The notes under the pieces: model-generated | What the model was told of the DNA's origin: nothing | What the model saw: the letters and a program-made list of their open reading frames with translations, nothing else | The model's database searches: none | From: Balanoglossus misakiensis | Taxonomy: Eukaryota; Animalia; Hemichordata | DNA: 64,000 bases | NCBI GenBank assembly: GCA_040954595.2 | Contig: CM082582.2 | Location: 3,766,303 to 3,830,302, forward strand | Direction: 5' to 3' | Program-made: the position numbers and the translations under genes | In this document: positions 37,385-51,400 of the stretch, piece after piece | Layout of the letters: each line of letters starts with the position of its first letter | Numbering within the stretch: the stretch's first letter is position 1

Positions 37385-40300
37385 GTAATGAAATCACGGC
37401 TCTACAGTTACCGACTATTATTTCATCAAGGCCCTCCATGCCTATTCCTCAATTAATTCACAAATTAAATCTCTTTCTGCAGATGGGTCGCTAGCATTCT
37501 TCAGTCCTGGTAACAACTTTAATCGCCAGGTTGTACCAAGTGTTTTCTGGGGGGAAAAAGGAGAGAGGTTGTAATTGAGGGGTCTTAGCATTATTTTCAG
37601 TGCCAAACTTATTTATTTGAAGACTATTTTTTTACTTTAATTATAAGATTATACTGCTTAATAGACGAACAACAAAATAAGAGTACACGCACATGGTACA
37701 TTGAGTTGATGTATACCCTCCCCCTTTCCTTCCTCCCCCCCCCCCTCTAACCAGCCTTCCCCCCACCCAATTCATAGAATTGCCCCCAGGAGCTCATTTG
37801 CATGAGCTTTACATGCAAGTTTACCAAGAAAACTGATTCATTTGTGTACAGCGACCTCGCAGCCTTAAAATATCAAGCAGCATGATCAGTGTACTCCCCA
37901 GCCATTTTAAGTCCTCTTTTGTTTCCCTTTTATAATCACGAAAATGGGCCCAGAGCAGCTGATTAAAGGCCAGCATTTTTTTTTCTGACGTGGCAGTCTT
38001 GGAGATATCTGAAGAGACATTTCACCTCAGTGAGCATTAAAACTGAAAGTTTGATTCATTTGGGGAACATCTTCTCTCATTAAGCTGATTTTAATGACAG
38101 TTGAGACCCTGGGTAATCTTAACACATTAAAGAGACCATTTTGTCGGAGTGACTTTCTATGTCTTGTGTGATCTCATGAAAATGCATATCTAATATTTTC
38201 GCATCTTCAAAATAGAAGAAACACAGGTTAAGAAATGGAAATATTTCAAAATTAGACATTCCAACATTGATGATACTAATTTTTAAGATAGCACGTCCTT
38301 CTGGATTGCTTTAACTTTCTCCTTTTTGTGATCCCTCCCTCACAGTTCATTTCTCTGTGTGTACCTATAAAATCCCCAAACCTCAAAGTTACATTAATTT
38401 CAATTATTCATCGAAATATTGCTACACTCTCAGGTTTACCGATACACCTCGATGTACCTTACTCCCCCAAACAGACAATCACTCAGAGATGTAGCCATTA
38501 AAATGGAACAGAAATATTTTGCTGATGTCAATTAACATTCCAATAATAATCTGCAGGAAAAGATGGTTATTTGATCTGAGCTGTTTTGACAGAAAGCAGA
38601 TTTTACAGAACTGTTGCATGGATTGGGGGAGTGGTTGATCAGCTGACATGCAAGCAACCTGATTTTGCTCTGAAATCAACACTTTTCACCATATCATAAT
38701 CATTACGTTTGACAGCTCGAAGATAAATAGCCCCGCACCCACGATTATTAACATCCTTTTGTCTCAGCAGTTATCCGTAGCAATAACGAGCTCTAAAGAC
38801 GGGGGATTTTTTTTCTTCCCTGAGATAAATCGATGTGGCATGAGTCAGACTAATTTGAAATCGTATCCACAGAATTGGAAAAGTTGAAATTTTGAAATCA
38901 ATTACTTTAATGAAGCTACTTTTTGTGCAAGAATTAGCCAATGCAAAAGATGTAAATTTTCCTCCATCCAGTGCCAGGCAGTATAATGACGCATTTTCGA
39001 GTAATCTGTTTTGATTACCCGCCGCTCTGTTCAAATTTCTGGACACATCACCCCTCATCAATATTGAAATACTAATTTCAGCAGCTTTCATCACACACTC
39101 ATTAAATGCTGTGAACCCTGGCCTCATCTCTTCATATATCGTACCATCTTCATTAACAATGCGTGTATCATCAATATGCAAGCATGAACAAAGGAGTCCT
39201 ACATACTGTCTCCGCTTGCCAATTTCCCGTTGAAATTAACAATGAGAGATATATTTCTAAATTTATATATGGATGAATAAATTTCGCTTTCTGTTTTTTA
39301 TGACACATTCATTTCCACATATTTTACAGTGATGGTGTTTTTTACTGCATGCCAGAGAATGGAAAAGGGCCTCAGCATTAAAAAAAAAACAGAGATCTTC
39401 TATATCGGTCATTTCAAAAAAAGCAGGTAGCAATTATAGAGAGGACTCATTAAGCTGCCTTGTGCTTTAATAAGGCTTATGTTAAGCTATGCATGACAAA
39501 CAAATTACTTTAGACGGACTGTGCATTTTGCAGCCTGTCATTAAATGGTTTGAGTCTGACTCAGCAAACTGCTGATGTAATTTGCCCTATTGTGGTGCAT
39601 CCAACTGTGGAAATGAACAAATGAATAGGCAGCAGCTACCAGTCACACTCTTCAAATAATCATGAATTTAAGAAAAGAAAAAAATTCTGATGTTTGCTTT
39701 TAAATAAGGATGTGACCTAACATTATGGTACAATGTAAACACATGGTTTTTATTTTATTTTTTTACATGTGCTCTACTGGTAGGATTAACCCCAAATTTA
39801 CAACTTATTCTTTTAAAACTTCACACACACACACATATGCTAGAAATGCTGACGCTTGGTCATGTACCCATCTTAAAATTCATTTTGAGAAACAAATTCA
39901 ATTTTAATACTTTGGAAAAGCCAATTTTCCATGTCCTAGCAATCACTGCATTTCAATACCCGCGCATTAATAAATACGTCCAACTGAGGCAGTATGTCTT
40001 AATTTTCAACAACTTACCAGTGATAACTTTACCGTGTGACAAATACAGTAAACAGCAAAATTACTAATTAACTGTGAGAATATTATTTATGAGTTGGAGG
40101 TTTTTATGACTAGCAATTTCACTCTGCCCTCATCTGTCATATAAGTTCGTTTTAATGTCAGATAGCCCATTCAGGGAAAATAGGAATTTTTAATGGATAT
40201 TGCAAGGGTATTGTTATGAGAAGTTTGATACTTCAGCTTTAGAATGCTAATTTAGTTGAACACTTTACGTGGACACCTAGCAAAGTTTGGCATCATCTAA

Positions 40301-41907
40301 ATCTAAGTCTAATGAGGGGATCATTCAGGTCTACAACTTGCAGGTGGGCTGAGATTGCCATACCAAGGCACCCTGCTCACTTTGTTTCGTTAGACCAAAT
40401 TAATATTCATCTGGTGTTTTAATTTTTGTGTGTGCAGATTTAAAGAATCAGATTTTATGATCGTACAGAGAGACATCAATTTGAAATCACACCATCAGCT
40501 GCTCGTCTTCATTTTCTGCCTTGAAACTGGTTTTCGGGAGATTGATGTAACTTTGTCTTCTGTTTCCTTTGAGTTGAATGTCTTAATTACTCTAAGGCAC
40601 ACTTTGGATCTGTGTGTTGCCCTGCTTTGATTTGTTGTGGACCCATTTAATTAATCACAGATATCTTACCTAAGATTGACAAGTCAGCAATTACTATCAT
40701 TATCAATCAAACTAAATTTACTAAAACACAGTCTGTGTGGGTTATTTTGTACAGAGGTGTACTACACAACTGAGCCTCTTAGAACATTCATTGTATTGGT
40801 ACGAAATGTGCTACCAACTCATGAAACTACTGAAGACATTTGAAAAATAAACATTAAGTTTCTAATCAAAATGTTGGTGATTTTTTCTTCAGTAATTTTT
40901 ACAGCCCGAAAAAAAACCTATCAAACACGTGATTTTTGATTAAATGAAGTAAAACGTGGGGAATAAATGCAGCTGAAGCAATCAGTTCTACAAATGATGA
41001 AATTCGCTCACATTCAAAGGAGTAAAACAGAAAGTATTAAACTCGTTCAGCCCCACTGGGTCTTTTACTACCAAAGCTGTAACGCAAATATTTCTATATT
41101 TTCTGCCATTTCCTAAATTTCCTCTGAAACTACATGTAAAATTTCTCTTTTAACATTTTATATTAAAGATCCAAATGAGGTTATTGCATGGATACAAATT
41201 TCCCACTGAAATGCTTTCTGAAGTCCTGTTTTTGCCTCATGGTTTGGGAAAACATACATCATGATTACGTGAACTTTCCAATGAACATTTGAAAGAATTA
41301 AGCTGTAAATATCAAGACTGTTAAAATGAAACTCAAATTGCCAAAAGTGAACATTAAAAGATTCCTTTTGATGAGATAAGAGAACAAATGCCACATTTTA
41401 TTATTTTGATAATCTTCCAACATGTTTGTTTGTATGTGTATGTAATATTTTTAAACTTTTATGCCTTTGTGGTACCTGTCTACTGAATGTGGCTGAATAC
41501 ATCTGTAGGTACCGGGTACATACATGTAAGGTACATTTATTGGCTGGATTGATGTGTTGGTTGCTTGTTAGACGGTTGTGGGTCAAGTGATGGGCCAACC
41601 TATCTGCACCCAGCTATACCAGCATACCCACTTGTAGTACCCACTACAGCTTGCCTGCCTTACACAATAGCTACATGTATCTAAAACCTATCTACACATG
41701 TATGTACTGTCAGCTTGCCGACCATTCCTAGCTCTACTTGTTCTCTGCTGATCTAACTGTACCTAGCGACTAATTTGCTTAGCTGCGTGTCTACCTCTCT
41801 CTGTATCCAGCTACTCACCTATACACCTTTGGATGCCAATCTGCGTATCCAGCAGTCCACCCATCTATACCCAGCTGCCTACCTGTCCACTTCACTTCAG
41901 TATTTAG

Positions 41908-42051
41908 CATCACCATCACCACCACCATCATCATCATCAGTAACATCCTCATCATCATCACCACCACCATCACCATCATCATCAGTAACATCCTCATCAT
42001 CACCACCACCACCACCACCATCATCATCACCACCATCATCATCATCATCAT
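41908..42051. repeat. (CAT/CAC)n compound microsatellite with an internal duplication
   Basis: Mixed CAT/CAC triplets; cagtaacatcctcatcatc occurs twice. Confidence 0.95.
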
Positions 42052-44792
42052 TAATATTGTCAAATTAATCAAGTATTAAAAGACATGTAAATGTAAAATA
42101 TAAGAAAAACACAGTAAAATTATAAAACAGTACATTGCTTACAAAAGACAAAACGCCAAATTGAGCTAAAAATGTGAATAGATAAAATTTAGGGAGTTAG
42201 ACAAAAAGATAATAGATAGACTTACAAATACGCTATGATTGAATCACCTGGGAGTATGGAGGATGTATATAAATATTTGGGGGAAACTTTATACACTACT
42301 GGACTTGATTCGTAATCCATTTCATTTGAAATTAATCATGTTACTTTTTCGTGTGGAGGGTACATGACACAAAACGCCCTCCAATTTGAACCTGCCCTCC
42401 CATCTATACTCGGTGACCCACCTTTTGCACTTACATTGTACACATGAACATGCATTTGTATCTAGAGCATAAAGATATGATTTTGACATGTTAAATATGC
42501 TTTTATGATAATGATATAGTAATTGATCATGTAAAGTAGTTCAGCCATGTAGCATACTGGTAGGGATAATACCTAGAGCAATAATCCATAATATTCAAAT
42601 TGTCACACAGGATTTTTGCCAGTTTAATTAAAGTATGTATACTTTTTGCTTAAACAACTTATTTTATCAGTATATGGTAAACATAATGTACACAACCCCA
42701 CCTAAAAACAATTTATTATGAGTATATTGTTTATATTTCCATAAAAGCATGAATAATTTACAGAAATGTTTCTGCCAAGTAAACCTATTCTACTGTGTTT
42801 TGCTGAAGTTATTATCAAATAACACCCCAAATCACAAATACCAAACAACAGTTTATAACATAATTCCAATTTCTTGACTTTGGTGAAGTCATACCTTGCA
42901 TACATGTAAGCATCAGATGTTTTCCCTGTCAGCATTGACATATGACAAATATCTTGACTCGCCTGAACATCACATTTTGATGAACATGGACTGACACTAA
43001 TTCTGTCACTAAAGTATCAAGCACATGGCTGTATAGCCCACTATGTATCACAGCCCCTCAAGGCAAATATTGGGCCCTTAATGGAATGATGTCAAACAGA
43101 TCAGACGTGTCTTATAAAAAGGAGTAACAGTCTGCCAAGCACCAGATTATCGGCCAAAATGGTGGTTCAGGAACTAACAATGCAACAAACCTGGTTGTTA
43201 ACCATTGTCCAATTGACAGACGACAATCGTAGACTCAAATTTTATTCACAAGGGCTTTCAGTTTCTCGCAAAGACATTCCTTTAATAGCAATGTGAATTT
43301 GAACTTCCAGGAAAGCATTGTGTGTTTGGTGGAATGGGTCTTTACCAAACACTAATTCAAACAGTAAAATAGATTTGATGAAAAGTGTGGTTGAGAGATT
43401 GGATGGCTTCGTCCAAACACGATGCACACTTGAGGTGCTCTTTCGTAGGAACAGGGATGTTTTGTTTTATAGATTTTAGAGATATGGTCTAGATAAACGG
43501 AGAGTGTATAAGAATAAGAAAAAGAAATTCAGCTTTGTACTTGTAGTTCATTCGAGTGTCATGAACTTGCAGGTTTTTGATGATGATGGTCTGTGAACAA
43601 ACGTGTTCAGTGAAAAATGTGCAGTGGGAATGTACTGTATGGAAAGTAGGATTTCTGTCGTGACAGGGAAGTCATAGACAAGGTGGTCTCTGGTTGACAT
43701 CAAGAATTGAGATCACATGAAAACAGGATTGAATCTAAGACAGTTAATGTATGGTTGCATTGCCACACAGTGCTTCCGTTAAATTATTCACAAGACTTTA
43801 TTAGTCATAAGCTTGAGTGAGTTCACTAGCATATTTGCATTAATTCCCTTCTCACAGATGACTAGAGATTAAATTCTTTAAGTGGAAAGAAACAGCATTT
43901 TTTCTCTCATCACTTCAGCCGTGGTGTGCGGTCGGTCTGTGTGTCCTGGCTGCAATAAAGGAGGTGTTCCATACAGTAGTGCATCATGGGAATAAAGTCT
44001 CCTACCTATTTTTTGTTGTTGAAAAGGGACAGTTCAGAAAGGTGGTTATCTTTATATGTGGTGGTTCCCATAGTAACATGATACAACAGACAGATAGAGA
44101 AATGGACAAAGACTTACAATGTTCCAGAAGTCAGATTTCTATAAATATAGGAAGACAAGCTCTGACAGATAAGATCATTAAGATGTCTTGTATTGAAGCC
44201 AGCCCAGGATTCAGATTGAGATTAATTTTCACATCAGAAATTGTGCCATTGGCAAATGGGGATTCCCTGATGAACATCAGAGAATCTTCATTAAAAATGT
44301 ATGATCACAAGCTAAAAAGAAAAGATATGATTTATTCATGTAATTATGATGTGTGAAAAGTGAATGTTATTGATGGCAGAGTGGATGGACCGATGGGTGG
44401 AAAGATGTTGATAGGTGAAATGACTATGACCATGGCGGCTGTTTGGGTTCTTAGGCTAAACTAATTTGAGACTGAAATGGTAGTATGATTAAAATAAACC
44501 CAAAGCCAAACAGTTTAAAATTTTACACAGCCAATAGTAGACTTGTGTAATAGCACATACTGGCAGTTTGGACAAGTGCAGACACTCTAAAAGTAAGACA
44601 TGTACATGTATATCCAAAGTCTGAAAATTCTAGATCATCAGTACCACTCCACTGTTTAAGGAAGGGTACAACACAGATGAAATGCATGGTTATCACATTC
44701 CATGGCCTTACATGTAAAATTTTGAGAAAACAGTGTTAGAATATTGTCATTTCCTTGACAATTTTACAAAGGGTTCCAAAAGAGGAGTTTTG

Positions 44793-45148
44793 TTAAAGGG
44801 ACAAAGTCTCTCTCTCGCTGCCCTTTTTCCATATAATTATATTTGATTCAAGACACTGTTTATATTATTCTACATGTGGATATATAGTGAATCAACGTTC
44901 AACCACACACAACATCCATCCAACTTGTAGACATAAGAGTGAAAAACTCGCCAAAATGAATAATCGGTGTTTACCATTTATTCAATTTGGCGAGATCTTT
45001 ACTCTCATATCCTCCAAACGGGATCGAAGTTGTGTGTGGTCGAACGTTGATTCACTATATATCCACATGTAGAATAACATAAACGGTGTCTTGTATCAAA
45101 CATAATTCATGGAATAGGGGCAGCGAGAGAGAGACTTTGTCCCTTTAA
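44793..45148. mobile_element. Family C fold-back element, full length (TTAA-flanked, Kolobok-like ends)
   Basis: ttaaagggacaaagtctctctctcgctgccc...gggcagcgagagagagactttgtccctttaa; the whole 356 bp is an imperfect palindrome. Confidence 0.9.
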
Positions 45149-45486
45149 ATGATATAGAGAAAACACTATATCACCATGCTTGATTTTTTTGCTAGAGCCG
45201 TTCAGACATTTTCACCATAAGAAATAGCACGAGGAATGCAAGAAAAGTGCTGACTAAGCATTTCCCACAATATTATTAGACCCCCTAACTAAAAGGTTGG
45301 ATGGGAATACTCTGTTTTCTCTCCATTTTTGAATTTAAAATTTATTGATACTCAATATATATATAAAAATCAGGAAAATGACAAAAACATTTAATTTTGA
45401 GTAGTCTCCAACCTTTACATGTATATTCTCTTTCTGATGGTGTAATTGGTAATTTGAATAACAATACAAATAACTTATAATGATTC

Positions 45487-45547
45487 GTTTTCCAAAAATT
45501 AGAGAAGTGGCTGATTTTATTGTTTTCCAAAAATTAGAGAAGTGGCT
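45487..45547. repeat. Direct repeat of 26 bp (35-bp period)
   Basis: gttttccaaaaattagagaagtggct at 45487-45512 and 45522-45547, just before a ccctttaa end that may close a degenerate element. Confidence 0.85.
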
Positions 45548-46092
45548 ACTACCCTTTAACTGCTTGGGTAGGCGATTTGGTCGTTTTTTTTAGCACACGT
45601 GCCCACAGACCACAACTGCCACAAGTGCACCATAATTGCCCTCAGAGCAGATTGGTCAAAAGTCATTTTCTTGAGTCGGACAGATAGCCAAGCTTGTTGC
45701 TAATGCAGCTGACACAGTCAACCGCCCCAGCAGTGTCATTTGCCTGAGCTAACATCAATAAATTTGGACTTGTAATTGAAACAACAGTCTTGAACCACTT
45801 AAAGCAAATTGAAGCCAATTGGTAATTCACTAGAGAAACATTTGTGGCCACAAATCACACACCTTTGCCTCGGACTCCATTGCCAATGTGTTAGCTTTGA
45901 CACAGACTAAGTCGGGTGAACTGATAGCCTTTTTCAAATAGAAATTACAACTGTTAAAACAAACCTTTTTCCTGGGTTGTTTTAATAGAAATACATATCG
46001 TTGCTGACAGGACAGTGTGTAGGTAGAAACACGGTCCCAAACAGGAATGTGTATTAACTAGATACACTGCAGTAGGAAAGTAGATGTGCAGC

Positions 46093-46135
46093 ACAGTACA
46101 GTACAGTACAGTACAGTACAGTACAGTACAGTACA
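46093..46135. repeat. (ACAGT)n pentanucleotide repeat, about 8 units
   Basis: Perfect run. Confidence 0.95.
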
Positions 46136-49100
46136 CATCGATACATAGCTTGACAACATTATATCAAAATGGTATCATCTATCCATCAAAGATTTTAGAC
46201 AGCATCAAAGTCTATCTGAAGAAAATATATCCTAACAAAAACCTTGTCAGTGATGATTTTTCACAAGAAAAGTTTTAGAGCAACACTTCAGGCATTAAAT
46301 AAAGTCATTTTTCCAAACCACATAAAGCTAATTTTTCTCTTTATGTATTTCTTTCTGTAAAGTTGGAAATAATCAAATCTTACATGGCAGAAATATTTTC
46401 TTATGTCTGTCAGGACATGTAGGTGGATTTTCTAATATTAGTATAAAAAGTGTTGTCGATGTAATTAATAAAGATGATGTATAATAACCCATGGATTTTT
46501 GGAATAAAATTTTAGTTTGGTTTTATCTCAAAATATGTCTTCTTTGACAGAAAGTATGATCTATAGCAATCATAAATGCCATCTTACTTCTGTTGTGTGC
46601 TGTCATGCAGTGGGTGAATTTTTCATCTCTCTCTCTCACCATTCATCCCCTCCTTGACCCAAGCGACATGCCATGTCTATCCCTACAGCTCCTTGACCTG
46701 TGGCCTCAACAACATGCTCTGTGAAAACAAGTCAACCTCTGATGGCACGGGACAATTTCACCCTGATGATGCTAATTGTCCCTTTATAGTACTTTGCGAA
46801 AGAAATCTTTTGTGGGAGTGAAATTGCAATGCTTGTATCAGTGCGCTCACAGGAGCAAGTGAGAGGGTTTTTTGATCAAGTGCACTAGTGCATCTGAAGA
46901 AGTGTGAAATTGACACGTCAAATCTACAATATGCAGTGAATTTCTTTTCTGCCCATGCTGACAGGAAACAGAAAAAATAATGTCGGGACCTTATGTAAAT
47001 TTCATGAAACTCACGTCTCCCGACAGGAATTGGTGTGATGTCATTTGTAAAGTTGAAGAAGTCTGATAGGAAATTTACAAAAAGATTGCTGCTTTATTGT
47101 GTACATTTGCCAACGAACCGTGACCGCTGCAGAAATTGACGCAATTTTATTCCTGGGTGAGCAGAAATTTGATTGTGGAAATACACAGAAATTCAGTCAC
47201 CATTCTGTGGAGATTTCTCTTTACAATTATTCCAGTCTGTTTTTTTTCCTGTTTCGTGTTTCCAGTTCAAGAAATGAATAATACAATATCTTAATTTGGT
47301 TTCTGCTCACTGAACTTCTGTTCCTTTTCAACTTTCATCATTCTTGATGGCTGTATATGCAGAACTAATGTATAGAATTCACTCATCCACGCTGCCCTAA
47401 CTTGGAGACCTTAATGGTCCACTCCCCCTCAGTCACACAATACTCAGACTTTTGAGGTCCTATACGTACACATTGAATTAGCACAAGGAACTGTTCATGA
47501 AGAAACTTCAAATCAATGTGGTCTATCACTGCAGGAGAGAAATTATCCTCATATGTTGCAGCAACTGGGAAAAATTATAAGAAGGTGGAAGCATTTCAAA
47601 TTTTGGAATTTTTTTTATACATGTCAGATTTTAACATGACTTCATTATTTCAGTCCAATGAATAATCATTATAGCCATTGCAAATGCCAAGTTACACTTC
47701 ACTAAAAATTCAGAAAAGACTATCACTGATTGACAAATATTAAAACAAACATTCACTTACCACTAGAAATTTACAGTTGTGTACAACAATCAGCAGACAT
47801 TCAATTTTCAAAGAATTGTTTATTAGAAATTTAGAGAAGCTTTTGACCAATGGCTGTGCACTCTATTCTAAACAGCCAGTCTCATACCCAACAGACATTC
47901 AAAATGTCCTGTGTATTGCACATAATAGTGCAGTAAGAGTTGAGAAAGTCTAAACAATTTGTTCATAGGAATGTCTGTATCTGCCATATACAGTGTTCTT
48001 GCAAAGTGAATACCCCCACTTTTTTCAGCCATTTCTTCTGTATAGTCTCTATGCTCATAATTAATTTCAGTTTCATAAATCAAAACGAATAAAGCTTAAG
48101 CAGTCATTTTAAACAAAATTATTTGACAAAAACAGCAAGACAGCTTAAAGGTTTTCTTGCTACCACATGACATGAGTGGGATATCCATTCTCGTATTTGG
48201 TATTCAACTACAGTGGTTACATTTACTTTGCAGGTATCCGTTCATTAGCTACTCACACAAGATCCTATATAGACACTGTGACATGAACAATAAAAGTTAG
48301 CAGACAAACTAATATTTGATTTGCTAGCAAATCTAATTATTGTGTCAAGTTTTTAGATTTGAATGCAGGTTGATGCCACTTTGAAGTAAAGCTCTATTTA
48401 CAGAATTGCTTTCCACTGGGCTGTAATCAGTTGTGCCAGTCACACGTTTTGTTTCAAGTGTTATTAGTTTTGTCCAAGTGGCTTGTATTGATTGCTGACC
48501 ATCTTGCATTGGTTTTGTCTATTGGGGATCCTAGTTTAGTCATCATTTATTTCGTTTATTTGTGTGTCTGTACATGTATCTGTGTGTGTACATGCAAACA
48601 GAAATAGCATGTGTGTACACACATGTACTAATTTCAATATCTGTAAAAAACACGCGTGCATTTAAAGCCACAGTATTTCTCGTTTTCACATAAATTTTGT
48701 TTGAAACGGCATCTTCAATTTTTAAAAGTACATGATAATTGATACGGAATCGAACAGTTATCAAGCCCAGCTTTGTTTTTGATAAATATGTTTGATAGAT
48801 ATGACAGGAATCCAAGATTCAGTTTAATTGAAAAGTCCACCAAAATTGTCATTTAAGTAAATTGCCAGTATGTGTTTGTGAATTCGAACACTGAAGTCGT
48901 TTGACCTTTCAGTGTATCTCTACTACTGTTTGTGCTGATTAAAATTAGCTGTCTGTTCAGAGGGTATAAAATGTTTTCTTGATTTGGTTGAAATCAAAAT
49001 ATAAACTGTGCCTTGTGGCATTTTGTTGCAAACATGTTTGTGTATTAATTTCCTTGGAGAAATAGATTAGTTAGTAATTCAGATGTGTTTTTGATTCTGT

Positions 49101-51100
49101 TACCTTCTTTGATATTTGAAACAGAATTAACAGAAAGCAACAAAATTGTTTATGTTTAATTATTGCTGTGAAGGTAGGTTTTACATCGTTTGACAAGTTG
49201 TGGTCGAAAGAAGTTAAACATTTGTTAGGTTTCTGAAATCTGTACTCTTTTTTACTGTGAACATTTTTGGTTTCAGATTTGACATTTGAAAGACTGAATT
49301 CATACAGAGATTCTAATGACACATCAGATTTCCTGTATGTCATTTAGCAAGCACCACATGAATAAATTTGCATGCTTTTTATCATAACATGAACAAGATT
49401 TAGTCATTTGAATTTACAAGGTGTGGACATGTGTGACGTAAATATCACATAGTTTTGAAGTATCAAAACTGACTTTCCAAGAGCTAGAGGCAAGGAAGGA
49501 AAGACTATGACATTTTGAAAACAGTATCATCAGAAAACTTCAATTTCAAACTTAAGAAGTTTCATTCTTATTCGCAAAATTGAACTAGGACCTAGTCTGG
49601 AATGAAACAGTCCTATCTGGGGAATAGATTTGGTCCGTGCCCAGACTTGTTTGTACCTAACTTGTAAGATGGCCCAATAAGACTTCCAGTTGTCGTTTGA
49701 AATAGTGGGAACATCTTCAAGCATAGGGGCCTCTGTCTGAATAACAAGCAAACATCCTTCCCCTCCTATGTGGGCCAAAAGTGCCCAACACTGGTGTCTG
49801 GCATAGTATGTTCATATTGGTTATTATAAGTTGACTTCAAACCGACACCTGTACAGGGCCAGCACTAATTTTCTGATGTGAACTCCACTAAAGTTAATGA
49901 TGTTGTGTAAATCTGAAATGTGGTAACTACCTCCATGCATAAAGTAATCAGAGATTCTTCTAAACATGGAAAGCTAAGCGTGTTTGTTTGCCGGCGCGAA
50001 TCTGTGATCTTTGATAAGGCCAAAAAAATCGACAGCATTGCCTAGGGCCCAGAAACACATTTGCATGATTAGGGTGTTGCATTTGTATTAATACTTGATG
50101 GCTAGATATTTAGCAAAGTGCAACAATAGTGGGCCCACTTTTATTCATTTCATGAATACGATATGCTGTACCGCTGCAATATATGTAATTGCAATTGGCC
50201 AACAACATAAATATTTGAGGCTACAATCTATTGCTATCAGAATCATCGCCCCCTGCAAGAAACGTACAAGGAATCAATGAAACTGCAGATTGGTGTGCCC
50301 GGGCTGTATCTGTTGCCAAAAGGATACCATTTCCCTGACTATATATAGTCCCGAATATGTTATTGAGCTGAGGGGCATCTTTGTCAATTTTTTAAGAAAC
50401 ACATTCGGAGCGATGTTTGTTGCCCCTTCAAGATGACACTATGGTACAATCTCACTGATTTGAGTGGTGTGGTTGAAACCATGTGTGGGGGGAAATTGGG
50501 GTGAAAGGCAAATGTCACAGATGACGGATCTTCATCCAACTTTTAAATTACACATTAGAATAACAGTCAATGTCAGTTTGTACTGAGTGAGATGTCAAGT
50601 CTTCATTTATTGTGAGAGTGTTCTGTAACTGTTGGTTTACATTGTTTTCACAGGAAAGCAGTAATCCTATCCCATTTTTCATACATTATTTTACTCAATC
50701 AGCAAACCACAAAAGTTGATGACACCACAAAACCTGCATGTGCAATATTGATTTCATGATCTATTCCGTGGTGATAGCGTTTAACAGTGTAAAATAGTCA
50801 TAACTGAAAATTTTTCATCATTGCCATACACTAATTTTACAAGCAGCAAAGGGCTGTTCAGGATGTTAATCTGAGACATTTAGTTTTTCAACATTCTGTA
50901 AATGCAACAGGTGGTTTGATAACTTGGAAACTTTTTAAGTGTATGCCCATATCATATGGGCATATACTTAGAAAGTTTCCTTCTGCCAAAGTCCACTTTA
51001 TTTCGTCAACTTGTTTAAAAGGAGAATCTTGAATGCTGCAAATATGATACGTCAATGACACACATTTAGTTCGGATGAATCTGCAATGGAATTTTTTAAG

Positions 51101-51400
51101 TTTGTGTGTGTGTGTCTGTCTGTCTGTCCATCCACTACAAAAACTTGAGAACCACTGCATGTATCACCTTGATATTTGATGTGTAGATTAAGTGGGATGT
51201 TTTTCAAGTGAAGGTGTCTCCACCAAAAAATGTATGAGCTAAAAAATGCGACAATGGTCAAAGCTCAAAAATCTTGAGAACTACTGATCAGGTTACTATA
51301 AAAATTGGTGTGCATTTTACCTTTTATAGATCTGTTATTTTTGTTTTATTTTCTGCTGATATCAGAAATTTTCTACTTTTAGCAATTGGATGGGGTCAAA
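51101..51400. mobile_element. Possible DINE-1/HINE-like non-autonomous element remnant
   Basis: (GT)n(GTCT)n microsatellite followed by two related blocks, aaaaacttgagaaccactgc and aaaatcttgagaactactga. The call rests on architecture only. Confidence 0.35.

Noticed and set aside
41775-42072. Ser/Pro-rich and Met/Val-rich ORFs
   Set aside because: Translations of the CAT/CAC microsatellite.
48784-48805. Partial resemblance to miR-190 (atatgtttgata)
   Set aside because: Seed mismatch and no evident precursor hairpin.
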